Of a stretch of DNA of 64,000 bases, positions 40,283 to 52,400 are shown piece by piece. Origin of the DNA: Candidatus Binatia bacterium (GTDB lineage Bacteria > Desulfobacterota > Binatia > Bin18). Each line of letters begins with the position of its first letter. Within the stretch, counting starts at the first letter, position 1. The DNA lies in the NCBI GenBank assembly GCA_963664395.2, contig OY761159.2, positions 2,432,001 through 2,496,000 of the forward strand. The letters are read 5' to 3'. The notes beneath the pieces were generated by a model. That model worked only from the letters and a program-made list of their open reading frames with translations, did no database searches and was not told where the DNA came from. A program made the position numbers and the translations under genes.

Positions 40283-40387
40283 AGCAGGAAGTATGCCAAG
40301 CTGAAGGAGCGGAAAAGGCTGTATTTTTGGGTTGCCGCCGTTTTGAGGTGCCCATCTTTTCAGCATTACTGTGTTGCTTCCTGAGCA
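40283..40387 (-). promoter_or_regulatory. sigma54 promoter (40283-40298) with upstream TGC-N11-GCA (40349-40365) and TGT-N10-GCA (40372-40387) sites
   Basis: TGGCAT-ACTTC-CTGCT on the minus strand. Confidence 0.62.
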
Positions 40388-40559
40388 ATCCGTGGGCGGG
40401 GGCAATACTTTCCTCGGAGATTGTCTGCCGGGGAACAAAATCACATACGATACTGCTCGAACAGCAGCATATTCTGGTCAGGCGCTTTTGACTTTGAGTG
40501 GTCTCAAGGGATAAAGAAGGCAGGCAGGTAAATACGAGCCCGCTACTGGTCATACGCGT

Positions 40560-42305
40560 ATGCTTCCGCATGGACATTATCTGAGTGAGCACCATTTTCT
40601 GATTTTTTTGCTTCAGATCCTGCTGTTGCTGGTGATGGCGCGTGGGTTGGGTGAGGTCTTTCGCCATTGGGGTCATCCGTCCGTTGTCGGGGAAATCCTG
40701 GTTGGTCTTCTCCTGGGTCCAACGCTGCTCGGGCGTCTCTCGCCCGAACTCTACCAGACCCTGTTCCCGCCGGACCCGATCCAATACACCATGCTGGAAA
40801 CGGTTTCCTGGTTTGGCGTGCTCCTGCTCTTGCTTGAGACGGGTCTTGAAGTCGACGTGTCCGCGGCGTGGCAGCAACGTGGCACCGCACTCCGCATTGG
40901 CATTATTGGCGTTATCGTTCCCCTGGCCGTTGGCTTTCTCTTATCGCTGTTGCTGCCTGACCATTACCTCGCCATACCAGACCAGCGGGTGACCTTCGCC
41001 CTCTTCTTAGGCACGACCATGGCAATCAGTGCCATGGTCATTATCGCCCGCGTGCTGCACGACCTGGATTTGATCAAGAGTGACCTGGGGCTGTTAACCC
41101 TGTGTGGCTACGCGGTGAACGATATTTTGGCCTGGGTGATTCTCAGCCTCGTGTTTGCGACCGCAGCGGCTGCCAGCCTGAGCGTTGGTTCGGTCATCCT
41201 GTTGCTGGGGACAGCCGTCGGCTTTACCGCCTTTTGTCTCTCGCTGGGTTTACGCATTGTTGACCAATCGCTGACCGGATTGGTCAAACGCTTACCGCAC
41301 CAACCCGGCGTTGTCCTCACCTTTGTGTGTTGCTTGGGATTGCTGTGTGGGGCAGTCACCCAGTGGATCGGGCTGACTGCCCTGCTTGGGTTTTTTCTGG
41401 CCGGGATTATGGCTGGAGATGCCGGGGCACTTTCTGAGCGGGTGCGGCAGATCCTTACTCAGATGGCCCACGCGATTTTCGTGCCACTCTATTTTGCGAC
41501 GATCGCCATCCAAATAGACTTCTTTGCGCAGTTTGATGCCTTTCTCGTCCTTTTTGTGACCGTCGTCTCAATCGGAGGGAAGTATTTTGGGGCGTGGCTG
41601 GGGGCTCAACAAGCCGGCCTTCCTCCTGTAGACCGGGTTTCAATCGGTATTGCTTTTACTCCCAGTGGCGTGACCGGCATTGTGGTTGCCGCCGTGGCGG
41701 TGGAGCATCAAATCATTACCATTCCAGTCTTTGTTTCTATTGTCCTCTCGGCGATTATCTCTTCTCTTATTGTCGGACCCTGGCTGATGTGGTCCATTCG
41801 ACGCCGACCGGCTATGAATATCGCCGAGCTGTTTGTGCGTCGGGCGCTGATTCCTGGCTTGACCGGCATGACGCGCCGGGCGGTGATCCGGGAACTCTGT
41901 CAGGAAATAGCGGAACACCATCATGCCTTGGACCAGGAAACCGTATTCGCGGCGGTTCAGGCTCGGGAAGAGTTGATGGGGACGGGCGTCGGGAGTGGGA
42001 TTGCCATCCCGCATGCCCGTCTGGCAGCGCTCTCGAAACCTGTGCTTACCTGCGGACGTTCGCCGGCTGGGGTTGATTGGGACGCCCCGGATGGATTGCC
42101 CGTGCAGTTGGTCTTTCTGCTGCTCACGCCTGTTCAGGACGAGGGTGCGCAGTTGCAGATTCTGGCGGCGATAGCCCGCACGATGAGTGCACAAGAGGTG
42201 CGACAGAGCTTGGTACAGGCTGAGGATGCAGCCGAGTTGTGGCAGCGCTTGCACGACGTGTTGCAGTCGGCCGAGGCTCAGGTCGTACCACACCAGCCCG
42301 CCTAG
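40560..42305 (+). CDS. CPA2 cation:proton antiporter fused to a C-terminal PTS EIIA-2 domain
   Basis: PSVVGEILVGLLLGP, GLEVD, AVNDILAW, many TM helices; REELMGTGVGSGIAIPHAR and DAPDG.PV.LVFLL. Confidence 0.88.
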   Translation: MLPHGHYLSEHHFLIFLLQILLLLVMARGLGEVFRHWGHPSVVGEILVGLLLGPTLLGRLSPELYQTLFPPDPIQYTMLETVSWFGVLLLLLETGLEVDVSAAWQQRGTALRIGIIGVIVPLAVGFLLSLLLPDHYLAIPDQRVTFALFLGTTMAISAMVIIARVLHDLDLIKSDLGLLTLCGYAVNDILAWVILSLVFATAAAASLSVGSVILLLGTAVGFTAFCLSLGLRIVDQSLTGLVKRLPHQPGVVLTFVCCLGLLCGAVTQWIGLTALLGFFLAGIMAGDAGALSERVRQILTQMAHAIFVPLYFATIAIQIDFFAQFDAFLVLFVTVVSIGGKYFGAWLGAQQAGLPPVDRVSIGIAFTPSGVTGIVVAAVAVEHQIITIPVFVSIVLSAIISSLIVGPWLMWSIRRRPAMNIAELFVRRALIPGLTGMTRRAVIRELCQEIAEHHHALDQETVFAAVQAREELMGTGVGSGIAIPHARLAALSKPVLTCGRSPAGVDWDAPDGLPVQLVFLLLTPVQDEGAQLQILAAIARTMSAQEVRQSLVQAEDAAELWQRLHDVLQSAEAQVVPHQPA

Positions 42306-42307
42306 AT

Positions 42308-42366
42308 GTAGGGGCAACCCCCTGTGGTTGCCCGCCCCTGTGGTTGCCCGCCCCTGTGGTTGCCCG
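42308..42366 (+). repeat. GTAG-type REP palindrome with a triplicated 16-bp arm
   Basis: GTAGGGGCAACC followed by CCCCTGTGGTTGCCCG x3. Confidence 0.75.
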
Positions 42367-42399
42367 GTCTGCCATTCGACCCAGTGACGACTCGCAATT

Positions 42400-43797
42400 T
42401 TACAATAAATTATAGCGCTTCATCCGCTCCCGCAGGACATTGCGACTCACGCCCAGCAGCCGGGCGGCCTGGACCTGATTATAGCGAGAGAGTTCAAGCG
42501 CCTTGCCGACAACAAGTTGCTCGGAACGAGCAAGGACATTGCCCGCGTGCTGGGCAAACAGCTCTTCCAGGGTTGCATTCAGGGCGGCTTCGACGTTGGG
42601 CGGTGGGGATACGGAGGCTGCCGGAGCACTGCTGGTGGGCAGGATGAGATCTTCCTCGGTAATAAGCGGGCCACGTGAGTATAGTACCGTTTGGGCAATA
42701 ACGTTCTCAAGCTCACGGACATTCCCCGGCCAGGAGTAGGCGAGGAGTTTCTCACCGGCGGTCGCAGAAAACTCTTGCGGTCCGTTTTTATTGTCCTGCG
42801 TATGCAGTCGAAGGAGATGCTTGGCTATGAGGAGGATGTCTTCCCCGCGCTCCCGCAAGGGCGGCAGATTAATCCGCACGACATTGAGTCGATAATACAA
42901 GTCTTCACGAAACCGTCCATCTTGAAGCAGCGTTTCGAGCGCCTGGTTGGTCGCCGCAATAATACGCACGTTGATCTGCCGTGAGCGCCGTCCTCCCAGC
43001 CGGTATATCTCGCGTTCTTGCAAAACGCGGAGCAGTTTGGCCTGGAGGAGGGGGGGCATGTCTCCAATTTCATCCAGGAATAGCGTTCCGCCGTGGGCGA
43101 TCTCAAATTTTCCTGGGCGTGATTCGACTGCCCCGGAAAAGGCGCCTCGCTCATGGCCAAACAGCTCACTTTCCAGCAGGGAGTCTGGAATGGCTGCACA
43201 ATTAATGGCCAGGAATGGTCCATTACTGCGTTGCGAGTAGGTATGCAGGGCGTGGGCAACAAGCTCTTTGCCCGTACCGCTTTCGCCTGTAATCAAAATC
43301 GTAATGTCACGCGCCGCACTTTTGCCGATAATTTTATACACTTCCTGCATAGCCTGACTGTTCCCCAACATGGGGACAGACTCGGGCGGCAGTGTTTCCG
43401 CACTCGCTCCGTGCGGGGGAATGGCGGGGTCTTCAGAGCTATGTTTTTGGAGCGTACGGACAATCAGCTGCTTCAGGGTTTCGACATCAAAGGGCTTGAC
43501 CAGATAGTCGTCCGCATCAAGCGTGGTAGACCGGATGGCCGTTTCGGCTAAAACAAAAGCCGTCATCATGATGACGGGGATGGTTGGCTGGCGCTGTTTG
43601 ATTTCTTCCAGGGTAGAGAGTCCGTCGCGGTTGGGCATGCGTACGTCCATGAGGATGAGCCGTAAGGCCGGATCGTCTATTTTTTCCAGCGCTTCGACCC
43701 CGGAGAATGCTGACAGCAGTTCGTATTCCTGACCGAGGACGCGTCGAAAGGAATAGTGGACGTTGCGTTCATCATCGACAATAAGAATCTTTTCCAT
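42400..43797 (-). CDS. sigma54-dependent response regulator (NtrC family)
   Basis: ILIVDDE, LMDVRMP, GESGTGKE, ESELFGHERGAFSGA, LFLDEIGD, FREDLYYRL, WPGNVRELEN, C-terminal Fis HTH. Confidence 0.92.
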   Translation of the reverse strand: MEKILIVDDERNVHYSFRRVLGQEYELLSAFSGVEALEKIDDPALRLILMDVRMPNRDGLSTLEEIKQRQPTIPVIMMTAFVLAETAIRSTTLDADDYLVKPFDVETLKQLIVRTLQKHSSEDPAIPPHGASAETLPPESVPMLGNSQAMQEVYKIIGKSAARDITILITGESGTGKELVAHALHTYSQRSNGPFLAINCAAIPDSLLESELFGHERGAFSGAVESRPGKFEIAHGGTLFLDEIGDMPPLLQAKLLRVLQEREIYRLGGRRSRQINVRIIAATNQALETLLQDGRFREDLYYRLNVVRINLPPLRERGEDILLIAKHLLRLHTQDNKNGPQEFSATAGEKLLAYSWPGNVRELENVIAQTVLYSRGPLITEEDLILPTSSAPAASVSPPPNVEAALNATLEELFAQHAGNVLARSEQLVVGKALELSRYNQVQAARLLGVSRNVLRERMKRYNLL

Positions 43798-43801
43798 ATG
43801 G

Positions 43802-45068
43802 CTAGAGTGGGAGGCGGATGCAAACCGTTGTTCCTGCTCCTGGCTGAGAGAAGAGGCGCAGGCGTCCGTTATGGCCTTCAATAATACGTTGCGATATGGA
43901 CAGCCCGAGCCCGGTGCCGCCTTGTTTGGTCGTAAAAAACGGGTCAAAGAGCTGTGTCCGAACCCGTGGCGAGATGCCTTCACCTTGGTCAGCAATGGAG
44001 ACCTGAAAGCTGGCCGCTACCGACTCCGATGTGAACGGTCAGTGTCCCGCCGTGTGGCATGGCCTGAATGGCATTGAGCAAGAGGTTCAAGAACACCTGC
44101 TTGATCTGGGCCCCGTCAACCCAGGCCAAGGGGAGATCGTCGGCCCAATCCTTGCGGATGATGACCCCACGCACGCGCGCTTCCGGACCAATCAAGAGAA
44201 GGGTTTCTTCCATGACTTCCTGGAGTCGTTCGCGTTGAAAATGCGGCGAACGCGGGCCGGCAAATTCCAGAAACTGATCGAGGAGGAGTTTGATGCGTTG
44301 CAACTCGCCCTGGACAATATTGAGATCATCCGACAGCCCGTTCGGTAGGGCTTGGCCTCGCGGGTAGTCCCTTTGATAGTCCCTCTGATAGTCTCTCTGA
44401 TAGTCTTGGGCCATGGCGTAGATCAACATGCTGACCGTATTCAGCGGGTTGCGCAGTTCATGGGCCAGTCCTGCGGACAGCTTGCCCAGGGCGGCCAATT
44501 TCTCGGATTGACGCAGCTGTTCTCTGGCCTGCATTTCTTCCCGATGGAGGGTAGCATTTTCTATGGCAATGGCAGATTGGCTGGCGAGCAAGGTCAGCAG
44601 CCGGACGTCACTCTCCTCAAAACTACGCGGTTCTGTCTTATAGACATTCAGGACGCCGATAATATCAGTCTTGGTCCGCAGCGGAACGGAGAGCAGTGAG
44701 CACAGTCCCTCACGTCGGGCCAGGTCTGCCACGCGGTAGCGTGTTTCTTCCCGAACATCCGGCGCGTACAGCGGCTGGCCGGTTTTGATCACTTCCCCAG
44801 TCAGACTCGTAGCGACCTCGCGTGCCGGCTGGGCGAGGTATTCTTCGCTCGCTCCCTCAGTGGCTGCGGGCCGCAGCGTGCCTTCTTCGGGATTCAGGAG
44901 GAGGATGGAGGAGACGCGCGCAGCCATGAGACGACGGGCATGCGCAACAATACGCTGGAGCACTTCTTCCAATTGTAAAGTTGATGAGATTTCAGCCCCA
45001 ACGGTGAACAGAGCTTCGAGCCGTTCTTCGAGATGTCCCTGGAGCGTATGCATCGCGACCTTTCTCAA
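43802..45068 (-). pseudogene. GAF sensor histidine kinase (NtrB-like position) with a +1 frameshift at 44006-44008 cutting off the ATPase G-boxes
   Basis: AHELRNPL, NLLLNAIQAM; removing one base restores VSIADQGEGI...FDPFFTTKQGGTGLGLSI...RLPL* ending at 43802. Confidence 0.85.
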
Positions 45069-45130
45069 AATGGGACCGAGTAGAAGAGTATGGTGCGAGC
45101 CATATCCCCAAGGGTGTCCGATTGGAGTGG

Positions 45131-45159
45131 AAGCAGGACGGGAACCTCCCGTCCTGCTT
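45131..45159. terminator. Hairpin downstream of amtB
   Basis: AAGCAGGACGGGA-ACC-TCCCGTCCTGCTT. Confidence 0.55.
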
Positions 45160-45164
45160 GGTGG

Positions 45165-46607
45165 TTAGGCCTCTTCCGCACGGAGACGTGGAGTTGGTTC
45201 CGCCAGCATCGATTGCCGGCTGGCCATACCAATAGTCGAACCCCCTGAGGAGAACAGCTGAGAGGCGCCGTAGGCCACGTTGCCATGCTCGCCAACATCC
45301 AAGCCCTCGGACTCTTCTTCCGGCGAGACCCGGAGTCCCATGCTGGCCTTAATGATGCCGAAAAGGATAAGGGCAAACGTAAAGGTAAAGATACCAATTG
45401 CGACGATACCGATGATCTGACTGACGAGCTGCGCACCACCGGCCAAGTTACCGAAAATGCCGACCGCCAGGGTGCCCCAGATGCCACAGGTGAGGTGGAC
45501 GGAGAGAGCGCCGACCGGGTCGTCAATCTTGATTTTGTCAAAGAACAACACAGACCCAACAACAATCGCGCCGGCAATCAGCCCAATCAGCGTGGCTGAC
45601 ATAGCTGCCATTTGATCCGCACCCGCGGTAATACCGACGAGTCCGGCCAGAATCCCGTTTAACGCCATGGAGAGGTCCGGTTTTTGGAGGAGTATCCAAG
45701 AGGTGGCCATCGCGCCCACACCACCGGCCGCGGCTGCAATACAGGTCGTGACCAGGGTTAAAGAGACGAGATTGGGGTCGCCTGAAAGGACGGAACCGCC
45801 ATTAAATCCAAACCAACCCAGCCACAGCAAGAAGACGCCAATAGTGGCAAGCGGCATATTACTGGGCAAAATGGGTCGAATACGGCCATCTGGGAGATAT
45901 TTCCCCATCCGGGGGCCAAGTAGGATGGCACCAGCCAGGGCTCCCCAACCACCAACTGAATGGACGATGGTTGAGCCGGCAAAGTCATAAAAGGGCGTTT
46001 CCATCATATCCAGCCAGCCCGCGCCCCACTTCCAACTACCGGTGATGGGATAGGAGACCGCTACAAAGAGAGTTGCAAACACCATGAAAGAGGACAGCTT
46101 TATCCGCTCTGCAACCGCGCCGGAGACAATGGTTGCCGCAGTCGCCGCAAACATGGCTTGGAAGAGAAAGTCTGTCCAATAGGTATAGCCCTCACTGTAC
46201 ACGCTGGTCTGTGAAGCCACTTCGTCCGTCACCTCAACGCCAAACCCGGCAAACGCAAACCAGCCGGCAGAGCCTTCGGCAAAACCTGGATACATCAGAT
46301 TAAACCCACACAGCGCGTAGGTAAGAATGCCGATGCAGATGACAAAGGTGTTTTTGAATAAGATATTAACGGTGTTCTTGGATTGCGTCAGACCTGACTC
46401 CAGGGTGGCAAAACCAAGGTGCATAATGAACACGAGCGCCGCCGCTATCATCATCCACAAGTTATGTGCGGTAAACAGGGCAAAACCCTGTGACGCGGCA
46501 AATTCTGCGTAATCTTTGTACTGTGGTGCGTCTTCGGCAAAGGCGAGCGGTGCAAGCAGCCCGATGCCAAGCGTAGCGAGTGACCCCAAAGCGAATAAAC
46601 GTTTCAT
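45165..46607 (-). CDS. amtB: Ammonium transporter
   Basis: FQAMFAATAATIVSGAVAER, DFAGSTIVHSVGG, LWLGWFGFNGGS, DDPVGALSVH. Confidence 0.95.
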   Translation of the reverse strand: MKRLFALGSLATLGIGLLAPLAFAEDAPQYKDYAEFAASQGFALFTAHNLWMMIAAALVFIMHLGFATLESGLTQSKNTVNILFKNTFVICIGILTYALCGFNLMYPGFAEGSAGWFAFAGFGVEVTDEVASQTSVYSEGYTYWTDFLFQAMFAATAATIVSGAVAERIKLSSFMVFATLFVAVSYPITGSWKWGAGWLDMMETPFYDFAGSTIVHSVGGWGALAGAILLGPRMGKYLPDGRIRPILPSNMPLATIGVFLLWLGWFGFNGGSVLSGDPNLVSLTLVTTCIAAAAGGVGAMATSWILLQKPDLSMALNGILAGLVGITAGADQMAAMSATLIGLIAGAIVVGSVLFFDKIKIDDPVGALSVHLTCGIWGTLAVGIFGNLAGGAQLVSQIIGIVAIGIFTFTFALILFGIIKASMGLRVSPEEESEGLDVGEHGNVAYGASQLFSSGGSTIGMASRQSMLAEPTPRLRAEEA

Positions 46608-46792
46608 CCCAACCTCCTTCTGTGGTGCGATACGTTCCTTCCTGCCTTCATAACGTGTTGAGATGCCCTGCCCCACACAAGTATCGAGAATGCCATTTTG
46701 ATTCGGTTGATATTCTCGATACTTTCGGTTGTCATGCCAGGGCTCCTTATCGATGTTGCCCTCACAACATCAGAGCCCCGGCACGGTTAGTA

Positions 46793-48452
<1,660 letters not shown>

Positions 48453-48519
48453 GCATTACCCCCTTAAGATAAAAATGTGACCCTTGAATTCTGGCTGGGA
48501 CACAACTCTGGGTATGATG

Positions 48520-48653
48520 AGCAAAGCTGATGCCAATTCGTAGAGGAGGAAAGTCCGGGGAAATCAAAGAAGTTTTTCTTTTTTTGGAAGATGTTGCGAA
48601 GATGTTGCTTAGAAGAGCGGCACCTGAAGGCAGGACTGCCTAAACTCTGAACA
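48520..48653 (-). promoter_or_regulatory. sigma54 promoter of porin-glnK-amtB (48520-48535) with two NtrC-like sites (48606-48622, 48637-48653)
   Basis: TGGCAT-CAGCT-TTGCT; TGCTTAGAAGAGCGGCA and TGCCTAAACTCTGAACA, 31 bp apart. Confidence 0.72.
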
Positions 48654-48733
48654 GACGACGTTGACACAGCCCCCACCATATCTGCTATGTATCCTGTATC
48701 TGTCAGGAAAAAATCTGAAAGGAGAAAAACACC

Positions 48734-49348
48734 ATGTCACATGCGGATTTTGAAGTACGCCAACTCCTCAAGGCGTATCGCAAGGGAATAATCTCGGATG
48801 CTCTCTTCGAGGAACAGATGAATGAGCTGGGCACCGGTCAGGCAAACGGGGCGGCAGCGTATACGTATAACGGGACGCCTCATGCCACGGAAAAGGGCAT
48901 GATTCTGGCGCTCTTGGATGAATACCGCTGCGGGGAAAATTTCGCAGCCGAGTATCTCAACGACTGGCTTGTGGTGAGTGACCAGGCCTGTGTGAAGGGC
49001 GGCCTGCAAACGATTCAGCAACGGGAAGCCTTTCATGCCCAACTCCTGGAAGCCCGCCTGCGTGAGTTGGGGGGCAGCCCGCAGTGTATGGTCCCGGCCG
49101 AACGGCGAGAGAAGGAATTGCCCTTCTTTGCCTCAAAAGAGAAAACCGATGTGGAGAAGCTCCAATCCATTGCCGAGTTGATCAAAGACCCCGAGGCCGT
49201 CTTGAGGCCGATTACCGATTCTATTGATCAGATTCAGGATGATCAGCAGACCAAAGAACTCCTGCGGACCATCATTGACGACGAAATGTCGAGCATCAAA
49301 TGGCTCATGGAGTCGTGTGAGATGCTCAGTGCGCCAAAAGCCGCCTAG
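48734..49348 (+). CDS. Ferritin-like domain protein
   Basis: GENFAAEY...QREAFHAQLLEARLRELG...IIDDE four-helix-bundle pattern; GGAG RBS. Confidence 0.6.
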   Translation: MSHADFEVRQLLKAYRKGIISDALFEEQMNELGTGQANGAAAYTYNGTPHATEKGMILALLDEYRCGENFAAEYLNDWLVVSDQACVKGGLQTIQQREAFHAQLLEARLRELGGSPQCMVPAERREKELPFFASKEKTDVEKLQSIAELIKDPEAVLRPITDSIDQIQDDQQTKELLRTIIDDEMSSIKWLMESCEMLSAPKAA

Positions 49349-49373
49349 CGGTACAATTTCCTCATTTGTTATA

Positions 49374-49399
49374 TAGGGGCACGGCATGCCGTGCCCCTA
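49374..49399. repeat. REP palindrome
   Basis: TAGGGGCACGGCATGCCGTGCCCCTA perfect palindrome. Confidence 0.8.
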
Positions 49400-49425
49400 C
49401 TCATTCTGACGGTAGTTCAGAATCA

Positions 49426-52400
49426 ATGCCTGATGATGTTTCCCCCACTGTCCTTCGCCCTCTCCTGTCTCTGCGTGGCCCTCTGACTGCCTCCTGGAAA
49501 CATATGGTCGCCGGAGTTGCGCAGGCTCCGGACCCATCTTTAGCCGCGGCTAATCTGAGCCGCCTATTAGAACATGGATTCGGGACGGGAGTCGTCCTGC
49601 ATTCTGCTGATCTGTCTCGTGACCTGGTGTTTCTTTTAGGGGCAAGTCAGCATCTCACGAATGTGCTGCTTCACCAGGGGCAACACTGGGAGGCGGTCTT
49701 TCTGGCCGCTCACAGCGCGGCGGAAAAATCGACGCCGACCCACCTCCAAGCGTGTCGTGCGGCCCTCCCTGTGAATCTTGCTGAAGACGATTTTTTACGA
49801 GGGCTGCGAGCCTACCGCAACCGTGAATATCTGCGGATTGGAACGCGAGACCTGCTGGCTCATGCTTCCCTTGAAGAGACGACGCACGATTTGAGCGCGC
49901 TGGCTGATGCCGCGGTCCAGATTGCGTACGAATATACTCGGGCAAGAATGGAGCGGGACTACGGCGCGGCCCTTATTGAAGATGAGGAGGCCGGAGAAAA
50001 GCGCCCGATTGCATTCGTCGTTTTTGGTATGGGCAAACTCGGGGGAGAAGAACTCAATTTCAGTTCGGACATCGACCTCATCTACCTGTACGAATGTAAT
50101 GCCGGCCCCACAACTGGTGGAAGAAAGGGTCAGGTTGACACGCGTACCTATTTTACCGAGCTTGCCCGGCATCTCACGCATGCCCTCAGTACCTCTGGTG
50201 CCGGTGGTCTTGTATTCCGGGTTGACCTCCGCCTGCGTCCGTATGGGATGAATGGCCAGATTGTCAACTCTCTGACAAATACACTGTCGTATTATGAGTC
50301 CTGGGGCCAAACCTGGGAACGTATCGCTCTGCTCAAGGCGCGGCCCATTGCCGGAGAGCAGGCGTTAGGAGAGCGCTTTTTGCGCGAAGTGGCGCCATTT
50401 ATCCTGCGCCGCTACCTCGACTTTAGCATGGTCGAGGATATTAAATACCTGAAGGCTCGGATCGAGCGCTCGCTGCACCGGGCCGACCGCGAGCGGATGA
50501 ACGTGAAGCTCGGTCGGGGTGGTATACGAGAGATTGAATTTGTGACCCAAGTCCTGCAACTCATCCATGCCGGAAAAGACCCACGCGTCTTGGAGCGGAA
50601 CACACTGGCGGCCCTCGACCGTTTGGTTGAGAGTGCCTGTCTCACCGCCTCGGACCGCGCTGCCCTGGCCTCAGCCTATCGCTTCCTGCGGCAGGTCGAG
50701 CACAAGATACAAGTGGTGCACGACCGCCAAACGCATACTCTGCCTGGGTCTGAAGAAAAAATGCGGGCATTGGCGCGTCGCCTGCGTGGTGCGGGCAAGA
50801 CCGAAGCGGCAGAAGATGCCCTGCGCGTTTTTCTGACGACCCTCCAGGATCATACTCGCGCTGTCCACACGATTTTCCGCTCTCTTTTTCGCATCCCTGA
50901 AGAGAGCTCCGAGGCTGACGGAACTGCAGAGCAGGCGACCATTGAAGCACTCTTCCACGAGTTGCAGCACCCGGAGCGGACCAAGCAGCGTCTGAAGCGA
51001 CTTGGGTTTCGGGAACTGACCCCCACGTATGAGCGCCTGCATTTGCTGCACGATGGTCCTTCGTATGCGCCCGCCTCGCCGAGACGGCGCCAGCTTTTGT
51101 ACGCGCTTGCCCCCACACTCTTCCACGAAGTGTGTCGCGCGGCAGACCCGGACCGGGCGTTAGCCTATATGGCGGATTTGGTGGCGTCGATTGGCGCTCG
51201 GTCGAGCTTTCTATCGTTATTGCGTGAGAATCCACAGACCTTACACACGCTCATCGGTCTGTTTGGCAGCAGTCCCTATCTGTCCCGAATTTTTTTACGA
51301 CGACCGGAATTACTCGACAGCCTGGTCCGGGCCGACTTGGTCCACGTGCATAAGTCTCAAGAGCTGATGCACGACGAGCTTATGGCCCGCATTGCGGGTG
51401 CTCCGGAACTCGAGGACCGACTCGATATTTTACGTGAATATCGAAGTGAGGAGTTTCTGCGTATTGGCATTAACGACATCAATGGCCAGCTCGATTTCCC
51501 GTCAGCGAGTGCCCAACTGTCAGACCTTGCGGAAGCCTGTCTCCATGGGGCGTATGAGACCGCCCGCTCGGCGCTGTTAGAGAAATTGGAGCGGACAGAC
51601 CTGCCTGGCCGGATTGTTATCGTGGGCATGGGAAAGCTGGGCGCGCGCGAGTTAAACTATAATTCGGACCTGGACCTCATCTTCCTGTACGAGCCAAGTC
51701 CCGCCTCACCGGACGAGCAGGACAGGACAGACTCCGCCGCGCAAGAAATTTTTGCGAAATTGGTACAGCGCTTGATTTCCATTCTCCAGGTCCAAACGCG
51801 TGAGGGCGCAGTGTATAAAATTGACACTCGTTTGCGTCCCTCCGGCCGCGCCGGTTCGCTGGTGTCTTCTATGGCAGCCTTTACCCGCTATCATCAGAGT
51901 CAGGCGCAACTATGGGAACGGCAAGCGCTCATTAAGGCGCGTGCCGTGGCGGGAGATAGCGTCCTTGCGGTTCAGGTCAATGCCTTGTTTGAGCACTCTG
52001 TCTATAACAAACCAATTCTGGCTGCCGACGTAGCTGAAATTCAGCGCTTGCGCGGCCGTATGGAACTCGAGGTCGCCGGGGAGACAAACGAGCGGTTTAA
52101 TATTAAAACTGGTCGGGGTGGTCTTGTAGACGTTGAGTTTCTTGTACAGATGTTACAGCTCCGCTATGGTTATCACCTTCCTGCATTGCGGCAGAGGAAT
52201 ACGCTCACTGCCTTGGACGCCTTGCGGGCATGTCAGGTGCTCTCTGGTGAAGAGAGTCGGGTGCTCAGGCAGGGCTACCAGTTCTTGCGTAAGCTGGAAA
52301 ATCGATTGCGTATTGAACGAGACCAGCCTGTTGAGGCGCTGGAAAATAATGCTGAGCAGTTGACGGCGCTTGCTCGGCGGATGGGCTACGACGGGGCCGA

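Noticed and set aside
42319-42366. Repeats here and at 37237-37281 considered as CRISPR arrays
   Set aside because: Units are contiguous with no spacers, too short, and there are no cas genes
43798-43995. 66-aa N-terminal extension of the response regulator (similarly nirB 24890-25336 and the S1 protein 52370-52495)
   Set aside because: The region encodes the kinase C-terminus in another frame; the other extensions overlap promoters or upstream genes and lack an RBS
46681-46780. Two hairpins between glnK and amtB as a riboswitch
   Set aside because: No recognisable aptamer; may be mRNA stability or attenuation stems, with too little evidence to call
48546-48559. GAGGAAAGTCCGGG, resembling the RNase P RNA conserved core
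   Set aside because: No other RNase P elements or complementary 3' segment; it lies in a short promoter region
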